Notes: generated by a model not told the origin, from the sequence alone. Counted from the first letter of the stretch, positions 37,778 to 48,158 are shown. The stretch is 64,000 nt of DNA from Acidobacteriota bacterium (GCA_028875725.1 JAPPCR010000006.1:563786-627785); one strand, 5' to 3'. Numbers and translations are program-made.

Positions 37778-40700
37778 CTACTCGAGCACGATCCGGACCC
37801 TCGCCGGATCCTCTCCCTTGGTGAGACTGTCCACGTACTTCGCGAACCGCTGCTTCATCTCAGTGGGAGCTGCGGGCGACCCGCCGTCGAGCAGGGCAGT
37901 GCGGACCTCCCCGATGTTTGCCTCTACTTTGACAAGCCCCGATAGGACGGCGCGGACTCCGTCGATGAGCTCAGATGTCAGCGACTCGGGTAGCTCTCCG
38001 GACCGTAGGAAAGCCTCGACGGGCGTGCGGCGCTCAGGATCGAGCAGGGCGATGTTCTCGCTAGTCGAGGGATCGTCCAGGTTCGCGAGCAGTGTCTCGG
38101 ACCACGCCTTCAGTATCCCGTCGAGGCGGTCGTCAATGCTCGCCAAAGCCGTGGCTACGCCTGGAGAGGAGTCCTCCATTGAAGGCCTGAACTCGCAGTG
38201 GGAGCAGGTCGGCCTTGCATCGAGGTCTTCCTTGGTCAGCGCGAAACAGGTCGTTAGCCGCTCAAGTCCCTTTCGCAGGTCCTCCAATTGCCGAGTCGGT
38301 AGCAAGTCGATGGCCGAGAGGGTGTCGAGTCGCGCGAATCGTACGTCCCGAAGCAGGGCCGTCTTCCGGCGATCGTCGTTGACACCGAGCCGAGCCTTGG
38401 TGTGGAGGGTGAGGTACCGTTCAATGTAGTCCCGCTTGAGATCGTCGAGTGCGCTTAGCACTCGCCGGCGGACCGTAGCGGTGTCCTGGGGCGAGCGGTT
38501 CGCCAGTTCCGCGAGGACCGCTTTCCTTGTCGTCTGCAGCTGACGCGTCCATTCTTCGGAGGATGGGCCCGAGTTGGAGAGTGCGGCCTCGGCCGCGGCG
38601 AAGTAGGTCTCCGCGGGCGCAAGTTCCACTGCCAGACGTTGGGCGCTCTCGGCCTCGTCAAGAGCACGGATCGCCGCCTTGTGGCTCCTGACGTCACGGG
38701 CGTCCGGCCTGAAGTTCTTGAGCTTTCCGGGTGTGTTGAAGGCCTGGACCGTCTCCAGGAAGTTCTTGGTCCGTGCCAGGTTGAACACCGGATGCGCGGT
38801 CTCTTCCTCGCGGACGAGCGTTTGCCCCCAGAACTGAAGGCCGCCCCGAACCGCGTCTTCGGCGCGGACCAGACGGTCGATCATCTGCTGGACGCCGACT
38901 TGAAGTTCGCGAACCGGCGCCTCCTTGCCTTGGGTGACGAGCGCGGCGACGCCCGGGCTCTGGCCTAGCAGCTCGAACAGGGCGCGGAGGCCCGGGACGT
39001 TCCATTCCTTAGGTGGCTCGACATGCTTGAAGCGGGCCAGTTCATCGACCGAGATGGCGGCGATGGTCGAGAGGTCCGAGGCATCGAACTTCCTGCCTGA
39101 CACTAGGAGGACGAGGGCCCCAGCGTGCACCAGCGCCGCAAGCAGCACGACCACCCACTCGGGCTCCAAGCGGAGGGTTTGCGGGGCCATGTACTCGACG
39201 CCGAGTAACTCCTGGATCAACTCTGATCGGTTGACGACCTGGCCCTGGCCCTTTCGGCCCAAGGCATCCAGAATGTGTCGTGCGTACCGCGAGTTGTCGG
39301 GGTCCAGGCGTTCACCGTCGAGAAGCTCGAGCGCATCCAGCACGGCGGCAGCCTGCCTGGTCCTGGATGCTCCGGCTATGCGCCGTAACGCGTCCTGTGC
39401 TGCCTGCGGACGGCTCTCCGCGGTGATCAGCACCGAGAAGCTGGGATACTCCGGTGCCCGGTCTGCGAAGTGGGCCTCCAGACAGATGCCGGCAACTGCG
39501 TTCATCAGGTCGCGCAGGTTGATCCGTGAGGGAGTCGTCGCCGCGGAGAGCCCCGGAACAGCTTGACCTTCTGTCCATGCGAGCAGCGGCTTGCGCCGAC
39601 CCCGATGGACCACTTCAAAGGCCGAGTCCATGTGCTCTTGAAGCCAGACGACCAGGCTGCGAAGAAAGCCGGAGGCCTTCGACTCGTAGGTAGCTTTCGC
39701 GTGGCCGGAGGAGGTCGAGGCAAGTTCGGCCGCAGCCGCGTAGCTGCGCAGGATGTTCCGAAACTCGTCGTCCGCGCCCGTCAGATGGACCAAGACCTCG
39801 TCCTGTGCCCTCTCGTCCTTGAAAGAGGGGGGCTCGTTGGGCTGAAGGAAGTAGATGTAGAAGTCTCGCGGCGGTACGGCCGTGGATCGTTCGTTCGGAG
39901 CGCCGAAGAACAGGTAACCCTGACGTGCCGCCTTGCGGCTGCGCCATTCGAGATCGTGCTCCCAGATGCGGTAGCCCGTGACATAGGTTTCGTCCGTGCA
40001 CTCCATCGCCTGGCGAAGCGCCTGGTAGTAGTACCGGTCGAGCCGTGCCGGGTCGAGGCTCTCCGCCCGCCGCTCGATCAGGGCGTCGAAATCGTCCGTC
40101 TTCTTCAGGTCGAGGTAGTACTGGCCGTTCTCCGGGTTGGACGAGATGAACTGGCCGCTGACCGTCCGGTGGATCTCCCGGAGGACGGTCGCTACTTGAG
40201 AAACCAGGTCGTCGGTGGGGTCGCCCCCGAGGTCTTCGATGCCCTCCTGGTAGAGGCAGAGGCTGTCCCGCAGTTCAGCCGGTGTGGCGCCGAGAGGAGT
40301 GTCCAGACCTCCGGTGGTCAGTCGGTGGACCGAGAGCGCATGGATGATGCGAAGCGCCATCGGCTTGTAGTTCGGTCTGCCAAACGCCTGCTCCACTCGG
40401 GACTCGAGTACCTGACTGCAGTCGATGACAGCCTTGATGTCGGGAATGGTGCGGAAGGACGGGTTGCCTCGCAGCGTGGACCAGTAGTCGTCGTAGGCGA
40501 TCAGGCCCGGGTGTTCCGAGGGCAGTTCGCACGCCAGAAGTCCCTTGATCGACAGTGAGAGGGTCTTCAGCACCTCCCGCTTCTCGGCTGCGGTTACGCG
40601 CTCGAACGTATCCACATAGTCGGGGTGAACAGGAAACAGGTCGACAAACTCGTCCAGCCGTTCGTTCATCCGTTCGTAGAAGCGGGTGAAGGGCGAGAGG

Positions 40701-41518
40701 TACTCGCGGATGCGGGCGTGTTGCTCGCCTGACTTCCGCAGCAGGCGCTGCGCGACGACGTACTTCACGTCCTGTCGGGCGATGTGGACCTGTTCGAAAC
40801 GGTCGCGAACGCGCCGGACGCTTTCGCCGATGAAGGCGAAGCGGTGGTGGTCGAAGACAGCCTCTTGAACGCCGGCCACAAACCGGAATCGGAGGTCCTT
40901 GCAGACTTCGCCAACCTCGCGCAGGAAGTTCAGGTCGAGGATGATCTGCTGATCGTCGCGGCTGCGGAGATAGTCCAGCAGTTCGTCGACCACCAACAAC
41001 AGACCGTGATCGGGATGCTCTGCAAGGAAGGCCGTGAGCATCTCCTCGAAGGCCCGTTTGCTGCTCGAGACCTCGGCGACGCTCGGGAAGGAGTACGCGA
41101 CCCCGAGGGCGCGGAGACCTTCCTCGAGGGTGTCGACCACGATGTCGCGCAGAGGCATCGTCGTGGCCCCGATCTCCGTTCGAACGACCTTGAACTTGCC
41201 GGCTATTGCGACGGCCTGCTCGGAGACACCGGAGTGGGTGAGGACCTTCGCCAGGTCCTCATGCTCGGCAACACCGGAGATGACGGACATAAGGTGTGAC
41301 TTGCCGGTGCCGTAGTTGCCGACGATGAGGATGCCCTTGTTGTCGGCCGGCGTGTCGTACTGAAGCTGCGGAAAGACCACGGACGTGAGCTTCTCGGCCA
41401 TCTCGTCGGAGATCACATAGGTGCTCACGAGGCGGCGGGCCGCTTCGGTTTCGTCCGCGTCGCGAAGCTGAACGACGGTCTCGATCGGGTCGAACTGGAC
41501 GAGGTCTTCGTACTTCAT
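37778..41518 (-). CDS. brxC: BREX ATPase BrxC/PglY (DUF499 P-loop NTPase)
   Basis: About 1247 aa from the internal ATG (MKYEDL...), which overlaps the brxF stop as ATGA. P-loop [18 protein letters not shown] near the N-terminus. Size typical of BrxC. Confidence 0.7.
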   Translation of the reverse strand: MKYEDLVQFDPIETVVQLRDADETEAARRLVSTYVISDEMAEKLTSVVFPQLQYDTPADNKGILIVGNYGTGKSHLMSVISGVAEHEDLAKVLTHSGVSEQAVAIAGKFKVVRTEIGATTMPLRDIVVDTLEEGLRALGVAYSFPSVAEVSSSKRAFEEMLTAFLAEHPDHGLLLVVDELLDYLRSRDDQQIILDLNFLREVGEVCKDLRFRFVAGVQEAVFDHHRFAFIGESVRRVRDRFEQVHIARQDVKYVVAQRLLRKSGEQHARIREYLSPFTRFYERMNERLDEFVDLFPVHPDYVDTFERVTAAEKREVLKTLSLSIKGLLACELPSEHPGLIAYDDYWSTLRGNPSFRTIPDIKAVIDCSQVLESRVEQAFGRPNYKPMALRIIHALSVHRLTTGGLDTPLGATPAELRDSLCLYQEGIEDLGGDPTDDLVSQVATVLREIHRTVSGQFISSNPENGQYYLDLKKTDDFDALIERRAESLDPARLDRYYYQALRQAMECTDETYVTGYRIWEHDLEWRSRKAARQGYLFFGAPNERSTAVPPRDFYIYFLQPNEPPSFKDERAQDEVLVHLTGADDEFRNILRSYAAAAELASTSSGHAKATYESKASGFLRSLVVWLQEHMDSAFEVVHRGRRKPLLAWTEGQAVPGLSAATTPSRINLRDLMNAVAGICLEAHFADRAPEYPSFSVLITAESRPQAAQDALRRIAGASRTRQAAAVLDALELLDGERLDPDNSRYARHILDALGRKGQGQVVNRSELIQELLGVEYMAPQTLRLEPEWVVVLLAALVHAGALVLLVSGRKFDASDLSTIAAISVDELARFKHVEPPKEWNVPGLRALFELLGQSPGVAALVTQGKEAPVRELQVGVQQMIDRLVRAEDAVRGGLQFWGQTLVREEETAHPVFNLARTKNFLETVQAFNTPGKLKNFRPDARDVRSHKAAIRALDEAESAQRLAVELAPAETYFAAAEAALSNSGPSSEEWTRQLQTTRKAVLAELANRSPQDTATVRRRVLSALDDLKRDYIERYLTLHTKARLGVNDDRRKTALLRDVRFARLDTLSAIDLLPTRQLEDLRKGLERLTTCFALTKEDLDARPTCSHCEFRPSMEDSSPGVATALASIDDRLDGILKAWSETLLANLDDPSTSENIALLDPERRTPVEAFLRSGELPESLTSELIDGVRAVLSGLVKVEANIGEVRTALLDGGSPAAPTEMKQRFAKYVDSLTKGEDPARVRIVLE

Positions 41519-41997
41519 CCTGCGGCGGGTTCGACGTTGACGATCTGAACGTCGTCGATCGGGTAGTGGCGATACTCGGGATGGCCGGGTTCGGCGTAAC
41601 GGAGGTGGTTGCCGTGAGTAGCTCCGCTCCAGGCAGCGACCACGGTCCACTGGCGCGAGAGGTCCTTCAGGAGGCGGAACGGGTTCTGACGGAGTGCGGT
41701 GTCGAACAGCAACTCCAGCCTGTCGAGCAGAACGACTTTGCTGTCCAGTTCGGCGAGTACTGCTTCAAGGAGCCGCCGGACTTGGCGGGGACGCTGAGAC
41801 GAGGTCAAGTGGAGGAGACGGCGAGAGAGTTCCAAGTTCACGTTGACGAGAGGAGCGCCCGCCGCTTCTGCGACTTCCTCCAACACTGCGGCCTTGCCTC
41901 GGCCGTTGGAACCGACGAGAAGGACGAGGCGCTCGCTTCGTTGCTCGGCGTGGTGGATCGCCACTGTCACTTTCCGGGCGAGATCGGTGGTCATCAA
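41515..41997 (-). CDS. brxF: BREX type 3 small P-loop ATPase BrxF
   Basis: 160 aa. Walker [15 protein letters not shown]. First gene of the operon, immediately upstream of brxC with ATGA overlap. Confidence 0.55.
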   Translation of the reverse strand: MMTTDLARKVTVAIHHAEQRSERLVLLVGSNGRGKAAVLEEVAEAAGAPLVNVNLELSRRLLHLTSSQRPRQVRRLLEAVLAELDSKVVLLDRLELLFDTALRQNPFRLLKDLSRQWTVVAAWSGATHGNHLRYAEPGHPEYRHYPIDDVQIVNVEPAAG

Positions 41998-42092
41998 GCG
42001 CTGCCGGTTATCGGGTCTTGGGGGCGACGACGATCATCGCGGGACTCTACACGCCGATACGCTTGGTTGGCTGCGGTAGCCTGACGTCGATG

Positions 42093-42836
42093 ACGATCGG
42101 CGGCCGTGAAGAGCTGGAGGCCCTGCGCCGGGCGGGTCGGGTAGCGGCCCGATGTCTGGCGCGTATGGGCGAGGCGCTCGAGCCGGGCATGACGACCGCC
42201 GAACTCGATCTGATCGGTCGGGAGTACATGGAAGCGCGCGGCGCGCGTTCGGCGCCCGAGTTCTGCTACGACTTCCCGGCCGCGACCTGCATCAGCGTCA
42301 ATGAGGAAGTCGCGCACGGCATCGCGGGCGACCGGCGGATCGAGGCGGGCGATCTGGTCCACGTTGACGTGTCGCTCGAACTCGACGGCTACTTCAGCGA
42401 TACGGGCGCGGCGTACCCGGTGCCGCCGGTGAACGAGGTGCGGCGGCGGATGATCTCGGCCACCCGGCGGGCGCTGCGGGAGGCAATGCGGCAGGCGCGC
42501 CACGGTCGCCGCCTGCGCCACATCGGCCGCGCGATCGAGGAGACGGCGACCAGGGCTGGTTTCGGCCTGATCCGCAACCTGGGCTCGCACGGCATCGGCC
42601 GCTCGCTCCACGAGGAGCCGAAGTTCGTGCCTGGCTTCGACGACCCGAACGACGACCGCTTCCTGCATGACGGCATGGTGCTGACGATCGAGCCATTTCT
42701 TACCAACGGCCGCGAGCAGGCGAAGACCGCGAAGGACGGCTGGACGCTGCTCAACAGGCCCGGAACGACGACGGTCCAGTTCGAGCACACGATCATCGTC
42801 ACCCGCAAGAAACCGCTAGTGATGACCTTGCCGTAG
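42093..42836 (+). CDS. map: methionine aminopeptidase, type I
   Basis: Conserved MetAP-I blocks (CISVNEEVAHGI, HVDVS, GHGIGRSLHEEP, EPF). Start set at internal Met MTIGGREELEAL; the ORF extends to 42018. Confidence 0.7.
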   Translation, partial: TIGGREELEALRRAGRVAARCLARMGEALEPGMTTAELDLIGREYMEARGARSAPEFCYDFPAATCISVNEEVAHGIAGDRRIEAGDLVHVDVSLELDGYFSDTGAAYPVPPVNEVRRRMISATRRALREAMRQARHGRRLRHIGRAIEETATRAGFGLIRNLGSHGIGRSLHEEPKFVPGFDDPNDDRFLHDGMVLTIEPFLTNGREQAKTAKDGWTLLNRPGTTTVQFEHTIIVTRKKPLVMTLP

Positions 42837-42847
42837 GTGGTTCGTAC

Positions 42848-44722
42848 GTGAGTACTCCTCGTCACTGGCAAGAAGCCTCTGGTGATGACGCTGCCGTAGC
42901 GGGTGGAGCGGGGAGGAGCGAACGGCGACGGGGCGTGATCGGCACGGTTCTCGGCCTGAGCCTTGTCCTGGGGGCCGCCGCTTCCCATGCCCAGGAAACG
43001 GACGGACCCGCCGGCCGGACGGCGGACGAAGTGGCTCCCGTCGTGCTGAAGGCGGTCGCCTACCGGACCGTCTCGGCCGAAGTGACGCTCGTGGCCAGGA
43101 ACGCGGACGGCGCCGAGCAGGAGCTGCCGGTGGTCAGTGGTCAGCCGTTCCAGGTGTTTCTGTTCGAGCCCGGACCCTGGAACGTCCGGCCGGCGTCCGG
43201 CAGCGGGTTCTGGGGTCGTGAGGTCTACATCGACCCCGACCTGGAGCCGGACGATCCAGGCGAGCCGGGGCCGGAGGCCGACGGCAGCGATGAGCCGGCC
43301 CCCTCGGTCGTGCCGGTCTTCGAGGTGCCGGTTTTCCCGGCGGTTTCCGGTTCGGGACGGGTGGTCGGTCCGCGGCGCCCGGTTTCGGAAATCCTGATCC
43401 TTCTCGGCGACGTCGACTCCGAGCGGATGGACCCGCGCTTCAGCCTGAAGGGAGCGAGGATCCGGTGCCCGGTGGCGGACGACGGCCGCTGGTCCTGCGA
43501 CTTGCCGGGCACCCTGGTTCACATCGTGTTCTGGCTGCCCGGACACTCGCCGGAGTACCGCTGGGAGACGCCGTTGTTCGGCCGGCGGCAGCTTCGCATG
43601 GGCGACCAGAGGCTCGTCCCCGGCGCCAGTCTGGCCGGTTTCGTCGCCGCGGGGCCGGGCTTCAGGGAGTTGATCGAACGTTGCGTCGTCCACGTGGCGA
43701 AGGCGGATCCCGCGTTCTGGACGACCGGTCTCGAGGACGTCGTGACGACGGTGGAAGTGGCCAGGGACGGTTTCTTCCAGGCGCCGGGACTGGGTCCCGG
43801 CCACCATTGGATCCAGGTGGACTGCGACAGCCGGGTGGCCGCGCGCGCGGGTCCCTACACTCTCCAGAGGAACGCCGAGATGTTCCCCCGGAAGCGGATT
43901 CCGCTCATGCGAAGTCACCTCCTGGAACTCTCGGTGCTCCCGGCCGATTCGCCTTACGACAGCCACTGGGTGGCACGCTTGAAGCAGGTCGAGCCGGAGA
44001 ACCCGGTCGAGTTCTGGCGCCAGTATCGGCCCGGGGACTATCCGCAGCAGAGGGCGGTGGTCGAGAACGGCCGCGTCCAGTTCTACGTGCCGGGCAACGG
44101 CGCGTTCAGTGTGGAGATCACGGACGAGGCGGGCGGGCGGTTCGGCGGACTGGACTACCTCGAGGTCGTGAACGATCTGACCGCGGCGGTCGAACTCGAC
44201 CTCGTGCCGGTCGTGGGACGCCTCATGCTGGACGAGGTTCCGGTGCCCGGGCTCGTGTTCTTCGGCGGTCGCCAGACTTCGCCCGAACTGACCTTCCGGA
44301 GCGACAACGAAGGCTGGTTCCGGGGGGCTCTGCCGGGACGGGAGGGCTGGCGGGTCGACGCGGTGGCGCCGGAGTACGAGTTGATGCAGTTCTTCCACGA
44401 TGTCGACATCCCAGTGGACGAGCCGCTGGTTCTGGAACTCGCCGACATCGTTGTCCAGGGCCGGGTGCGCAGCGCGTCCACGGGTCAGCCGGCGGAGCGC
44501 GCCATCATCCGCTTCGAGTCCGCGGAGGGGCAGCTCGTTCACCAGGCGACCGCTGGCGAAGACGGCTCCTACTCCGCTCGCGGCGTCCCGCCGGGCTGGG
44601 TCCGAATCTCGGTTCGGCGCTTGACTCCGGACAGTTGGGAGGTAAGTGATCCCTTCGAGACGATTCTGAATCCGCGCCAGTCCCTGACCGTGGATTTCGT
44701 GTTGCGGGAGCGCGTGCAGTAG
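42848..44722 (+). CDS. hypothetical secreted protein (possible GTG start at 42935)
   Basis: Signal-peptide-like VIGTVLGLSLVLGAAASHAQE. Large beta-rich protein with no recognised family. Coding-like composition. Confidence 0.4.
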   Translation: MSTPRHWQEASGDDAAVAGGAGRSERRRGVIGTVLGLSLVLGAAASHAQETDGPAGRTADEVAPVVLKAVAYRTVSAEVTLVARNADGAEQELPVVSGQPFQVFLFEPGPWNVRPASGSGFWGREVYIDPDLEPDDPGEPGPEADGSDEPAPSVVPVFEVPVFPAVSGSGRVVGPRRPVSEILILLGDVDSERMDPRFSLKGARIRCPVADDGRWSCDLPGTLVHIVFWLPGHSPEYRWETPLFGRRQLRMGDQRLVPGASLAGFVAAGPGFRELIERCVVHVAKADPAFWTTGLEDVVTTVEVARDGFFQAPGLGPGHHWIQVDCDSRVAARAGPYTLQRNAEMFPRKRIPLMRSHLLELSVLPADSPYDSHWVARLKQVEPENPVEFWRQYRPGDYPQQRAVVENGRVQFYVPGNGAFSVEITDEAGGRFGGLDYLEVVNDLTAAVELDLVPVVGRLMLDEVPVPGLVFFGGRQTSPELTFRSDNEGWFRGALPGREGWRVDAVAPEYELMQFFHDVDIPVDEPLVLELADIVVQGRVRSASTGQPAERAIIRFESAEGQLVHQATAGEDGSYSARGVPPGWVRISVRRLTPDSWEVSDPFETILNPRQSLTVDFVLRERVQ

Positions 44723-44740
44723 CTGGTACCCTGCGCCGCC

Positions 44741-45922
44741 ATGGGTCCGCTCGACGGCTTGCGGGTGATTGAACTGGCGACGATGGTCTCTGGGCCGATC
44801 GCCACCATGCTGCTGGCGGATCAGGGCGCCGAAGTGATCAAGGTCGAGGCGCCCCCGGGCGGCGACATCATGCGCCGGCTGGGACCCCAGCGGGGCGGCG
44901 TCACGGCCGGGTTCGCGACGATCAACCGGGGCAAGCGGTCCCTGGTCCTCGACCTGAAGCACGAGCGCGGCATCGGGATCCTGCTCGACCTGATCGGCAC
45001 CGCCGACGTCTTCGTCCAGAACTTCCGGCCCGGCGTGGTCGACAAGCTGGGACTGGGCGCCGAGCGCCTGCGCGAGCTGAACCCTCGTCTCGTCTACGTT
45101 TCGATCAGCGGCTTCGGGCAGGAAGGACCGTACGCTCAGAAGCGCGTGTACGACCCGATCATCCAGGCCCTGTCGGGATTCGCCGACATCCAGGCCGATC
45201 GCGTCACGGGTGAGCCGAAGATGGTGCGGACGATCATCCCGGACAAGGTGACCGGCCTGACCGCGGCCCAGGCGATCACGGCGGCGCTGCTGGCCCGCGA
45301 ACGGACGGGCGAGGGCCAGCACCTGGAACTCGCGATGCTCGACGCGACGATCTCCTTCACCTGGCCCGAGGGCTTCGTGCGCCAGATTCTGGTCGGCGGC
45401 GAGGTCGCGCACGGCCGTCCCGGCTCGACCAGCGACCTGATCTACCAGACCGCCGACGGCTACATCACGGCGTCCACGATCTCGGACGCGGAGTGGGAGG
45501 GCATGGCGCGGGCCACCGGGCACCTCGAGTGGCTGGAGGACGAGCGCTACAACACAGCGGCGGGGCGGATCTCGAACGCGGACTCGCGCCTGGGCATGGT
45601 CGGCGACGTCATGCGGCAGCGCACCTCCGCGGCGTGGATCGCCGCGCTCGAAGCGGAGGACGTGCCCTGTGCGCCGATCCTGACCCGCAACGAGGTGCTG
45701 ACCGACCCGCAGGTGACCGAGAACGAGCTGCTGCGGGAAGTCGATCATCCGCAGGTCGGCCGCATGAGGGTGCCTCGTCCGGCGGCGAAGTTCTCGGGCA
45801 CGCCGCCGGCGCCGGTCGCGCCGTCGCCGGCCCTGGGCGAGGGCGCCGACGACCTGCTGGGGGCGTTGGGCATGACCGCCGCGGAAATCGACGAATTGCG
45901 CCGGCAGAAGGTCGTCGGCTGA
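44741..45922 (+). CDS. CoA-transferase family III (CaiB/BaiF)
   Basis: N-terminus LDGLRVIELATMVSGPIATMLLADQGAEVIKVE is the family III CoA-transferase signature. Confidence 0.7.
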   Translation: MGPLDGLRVIELATMVSGPIATMLLADQGAEVIKVEAPPGGDIMRRLGPQRGGVTAGFATINRGKRSLVLDLKHERGIGILLDLIGTADVFVQNFRPGVVDKLGLGAERLRELNPRLVYVSISGFGQEGPYAQKRVYDPIIQALSGFADIQADRVTGEPKMVRTIIPDKVTGLTAAQAITAALLARERTGEGQHLELAMLDATISFTWPEGFVRQILVGGEVAHGRPGSTSDLIYQTADGYITASTISDAEWEGMARATGHLEWLEDERYNTAAGRISNADSRLGMVGDVMRQRTSAAWIAALEAEDVPCAPILTRNEVLTDPQVTENELLREVDHPQVGRMRVPRPAAKFSGTPPAPVAPSPALGEGADDLLGALGMTAAEIDELRRQKVVG

Positions 45923-45999
45923 GTCGGCTCGGGCGGCGTATTGTGGCCGGTCGGAAGGGTCTGGAAGGGGCCGGCCGGCGGGGATAGAGTGCCTCGGTC

Positions 46000-46977
46000 G
46001 TGCGCTGGCTGCACTACTACCTCCGGCTGCTGGCCGCGGCGTCCCTGCTGCTGATCGCGGCCGGCGGCCTGGTCACGAGCACCGACTCGGGGCTTGCCGT
46101 TCCGGACTGGCCCAACACCTACGGCTACTTCATGTTCGCCTTCCCGTTCTCGAAGATGGTGGGCGGCATCCTCTACGAGCACGGTCACCGCCTGATCGCG
46201 AGCGTGGTGGGTCTGATGACGATCGGTCTGGCGGTGTGGGCCTCCCGCGTCGAGACCCGTGCCTGGGTGCGTCGACTGGCCTGGACGGCGCTCGCCGCGG
46301 TCATCGCTCAGGGACTGCTCGGCGGCATCACGGTGATCTACCTGCTGCCGAAACCGATCTCGATCAGCCATGCCGGTCTGGCCCAGCTCTTCTTTGCTCT
46401 GGTCGTGAGCCTGGGCATCTTCACGTCGCCGGGCTGGCGAAGGGGCTTCGGGCGGTCGGAACCGCTGGGCGACCCGCTGCTGGCCCGGCTCGCACTGGCC
46501 GTTCCGGTGCTCGTGTACGTCCAGATCCTCCTTGGCGCGACGATGCGTCACAACGACGCCGGGCTCGCCATCCCGGACTTCCCGCTGGCCTTCGGCCGGT
46601 TGCTGCCGCCCGAGTGGAGCCTGGGCATCTCACTTCACTTCGTGCACCGGCTGGGCGCTGTCGCCGTGACCGTCGCGGCGGTGGCCCTGATCGTGCGCGT
46701 TCTCAGGGTTCATCGGCACCGGCCGGAGCTAGCCCGCGCGGCGCTGCTGCTGGGGACGGTGCTGCTGGCTCAGGTCGGCCTCGGCGCATGGACCGTCTGG
46801 AGCGGCCTGCAACCGCACATCAACACGGCGCACGTGGCGACCGGCGGCCTGCTCTGGGTCGTCTCGGTGGCGCTGGCGTTGCGGGTGCACCGCGCCTGGT
46901 TCGGCGACGCTTCGTCCATCCGGGCTACCCGCTTTGCGACGAGCACCGGTGACGCCCCCGGGCGGGTCCCGGCGTGA
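46000..46977 (+). CDS. ctaA: heme A synthase (COX15/CtaA)
   Basis: Polytopic membrane protein. LVTSTDSGLAVPDWPNTYGYFMFAFP and paired His-containing helices. Confidence 0.7.
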   Translation: MRWLHYYLRLLAAASLLLIAAGGLVTSTDSGLAVPDWPNTYGYFMFAFPFSKMVGGILYEHGHRLIASVVGLMTIGLAVWASRVETRAWVRRLAWTALAAVIAQGLLGGITVIYLLPKPISISHAGLAQLFFALVVSLGIFTSPGWRRGFGRSEPLGDPLLARLALAVPVLVYVQILLGATMRHNDAGLAIPDFPLAFGRLLPPEWSLGISLHFVHRLGAVAVTVAAVALIVRVLRVHRHRPELARAALLLGTVLLAQVGLGAWTVWSGLQPHINTAHVATGGLLWVVSVALALRVHRAWFGDASSIRATRFATSTGDAPGRVPA

Positions 46978-47861
46978 CGCTCCTCGCCGCGGAAGCGACA
47001 CGGCCGAACCGTGCCGCCCTGTGGCTGGCATTGGCCAAGCCGCGACTCAACGCCCTGGCCGTCGCCACGGTCGGCATCGGCTACTACCTCGGGGCCGGCG
47101 CGCTCGACCTGGGAGTTCTTCTCTCCGTCCTGGCTGGCTCCGGTCTAGTCGCCGCCGGCGGAGCCGCCTTCAACCAGGTCGCCGAGCGAGACCTCGACGC
47201 CCTGATGATCCGGACCCGCTCCCGGCCCCTGCCCCTGGGCGGCATCTCGCCGCCGGCCGGCCAGCTCTTCGCCACCGTTCTGAGCATCGCGGGTCTCATC
47301 GTCCTTGCCCTCGGCGCCAACCCGCTCTCCGCCGTTGTGGCGTTGGCGACCCTCGTCAGCTACGCCTGGATCTACACGCCGCTCAAGCGCAGGACGTCGC
47401 TTGCCGTCCTCGTCGGAGCCGTTCCCGGCGCCTTGCCGCCGGTCATCGGCTGGACCGCCGCGACCGGCACTCTGACCGTCGAAGCCTGGCTCCTCTTCGG
47501 CATCGTCTTCGCCTGGCAACTCCCGCACTTCCACTCGCTGGCCTGGCTCCACCGCGACGACTACGCCCGAGCGGGCTTCAAGGTGCTGGCAGTCGCCGAC
47601 TCGAGCGGTCGCCGCACGGCCCTGGAGTCCCTGTCCTGGGCTTTGCTGCTGGTCGTCCTGAGCACACTTGCCGCCGCGGTCGGCCTGACCCCTCTGAGTT
47701 TCGCCATTGCGGCTGCCGCTTTCGGCGGTGTCTTCGTTCTGTTCGCCATGCGGTTTGCATCCGACCGCAGCCGCGCACGCGCCCGGACCCTTTTTCTGGG
47801 TTCGCTGGTCGTTCTGCCTCTGATCTGGATCACCTTGGTCGCGGGCCACGCCACCCTATAA
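46974..47861 (+). CDS. ctaB: protoheme IX farnesyltransferase (heme O synthase, UbiA family)
   Basis: UbiA-type TM protein. 4 bp overlap with ctaA. Conserved ...YTPLKRRT... region. Confidence 0.7.
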   Translation: MTLLAAEATRPNRAALWLALAKPRLNALAVATVGIGYYLGAGALDLGVLLSVLAGSGLVAAGGAAFNQVAERDLDALMIRTRSRPLPLGGISPPAGQLFATVLSIAGLIVLALGANPLSAVVALATLVSYAWIYTPLKRRTSLAVLVGAVPGALPPVIGWTAATGTLTVEAWLLFGIVFAWQLPHFHSLAWLHRDDYARAGFKVLAVADSSGRRTALESLSWALLLVVLSTLAAAVGLTPLSFAIAAAAFGGVFVLFAMRFASDRSRARARTLFLGSLVVLPLIWITLVAGHATL

Positions 47862-47969
47862 GGAGCGAGGCTTCGCCTCGCCGTTTCTCCCGGCCGGCGA
47901 GGACGCCGGCGCACCCAGTGTGAACCGGCGTCGAGTAGCGGCGGCCACGTTCACGGCAGGGCGTCGAGC

Positions 47970-48140
47970 CTGCGGCGGTCCGGGGGGAAGGGTGCCAGCG
48001 GGCTGGAGGCAAGCGACGCCCGACGCCCGCACGCTTACCTCCGACCTGACGGAGCGCAGCCGACCGAAGCGAGCGCTCACCTCCCATCCACCAAGAAAGC
48101 GTGAGCGTCCGCTGGCACCCTTCCCCCCGGACCGCCGCAG
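47970..48140. repeat. intergenic long-stem hairpin element, copy 2
   Basis: Arm ctgcggcggtccggggggaagggtgccagcgg (47970-48001) pairs perfectly with ccgctggcacccttccccccggaccgccgcag (48109-48140). The interior core gcgcagccgaccgaagcgagcgc..catccaccaag..gcgtgagcgtccgctgg is about 80% identical to copy 1. Confidence 0.7.
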
Positions 48141-48158
48141 GCGGCATGCACCACCGCG

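Noticed and set aside
42389-45748. 1119 aa minus-strand ORF
   Set aside because: Antisense to map, the secreted hypothetical and the CoA-transferase. Arg/Pro/Gly-rich low-complexity translation, typical of spurious open frames in high-GC DNA. No recognisable domains.
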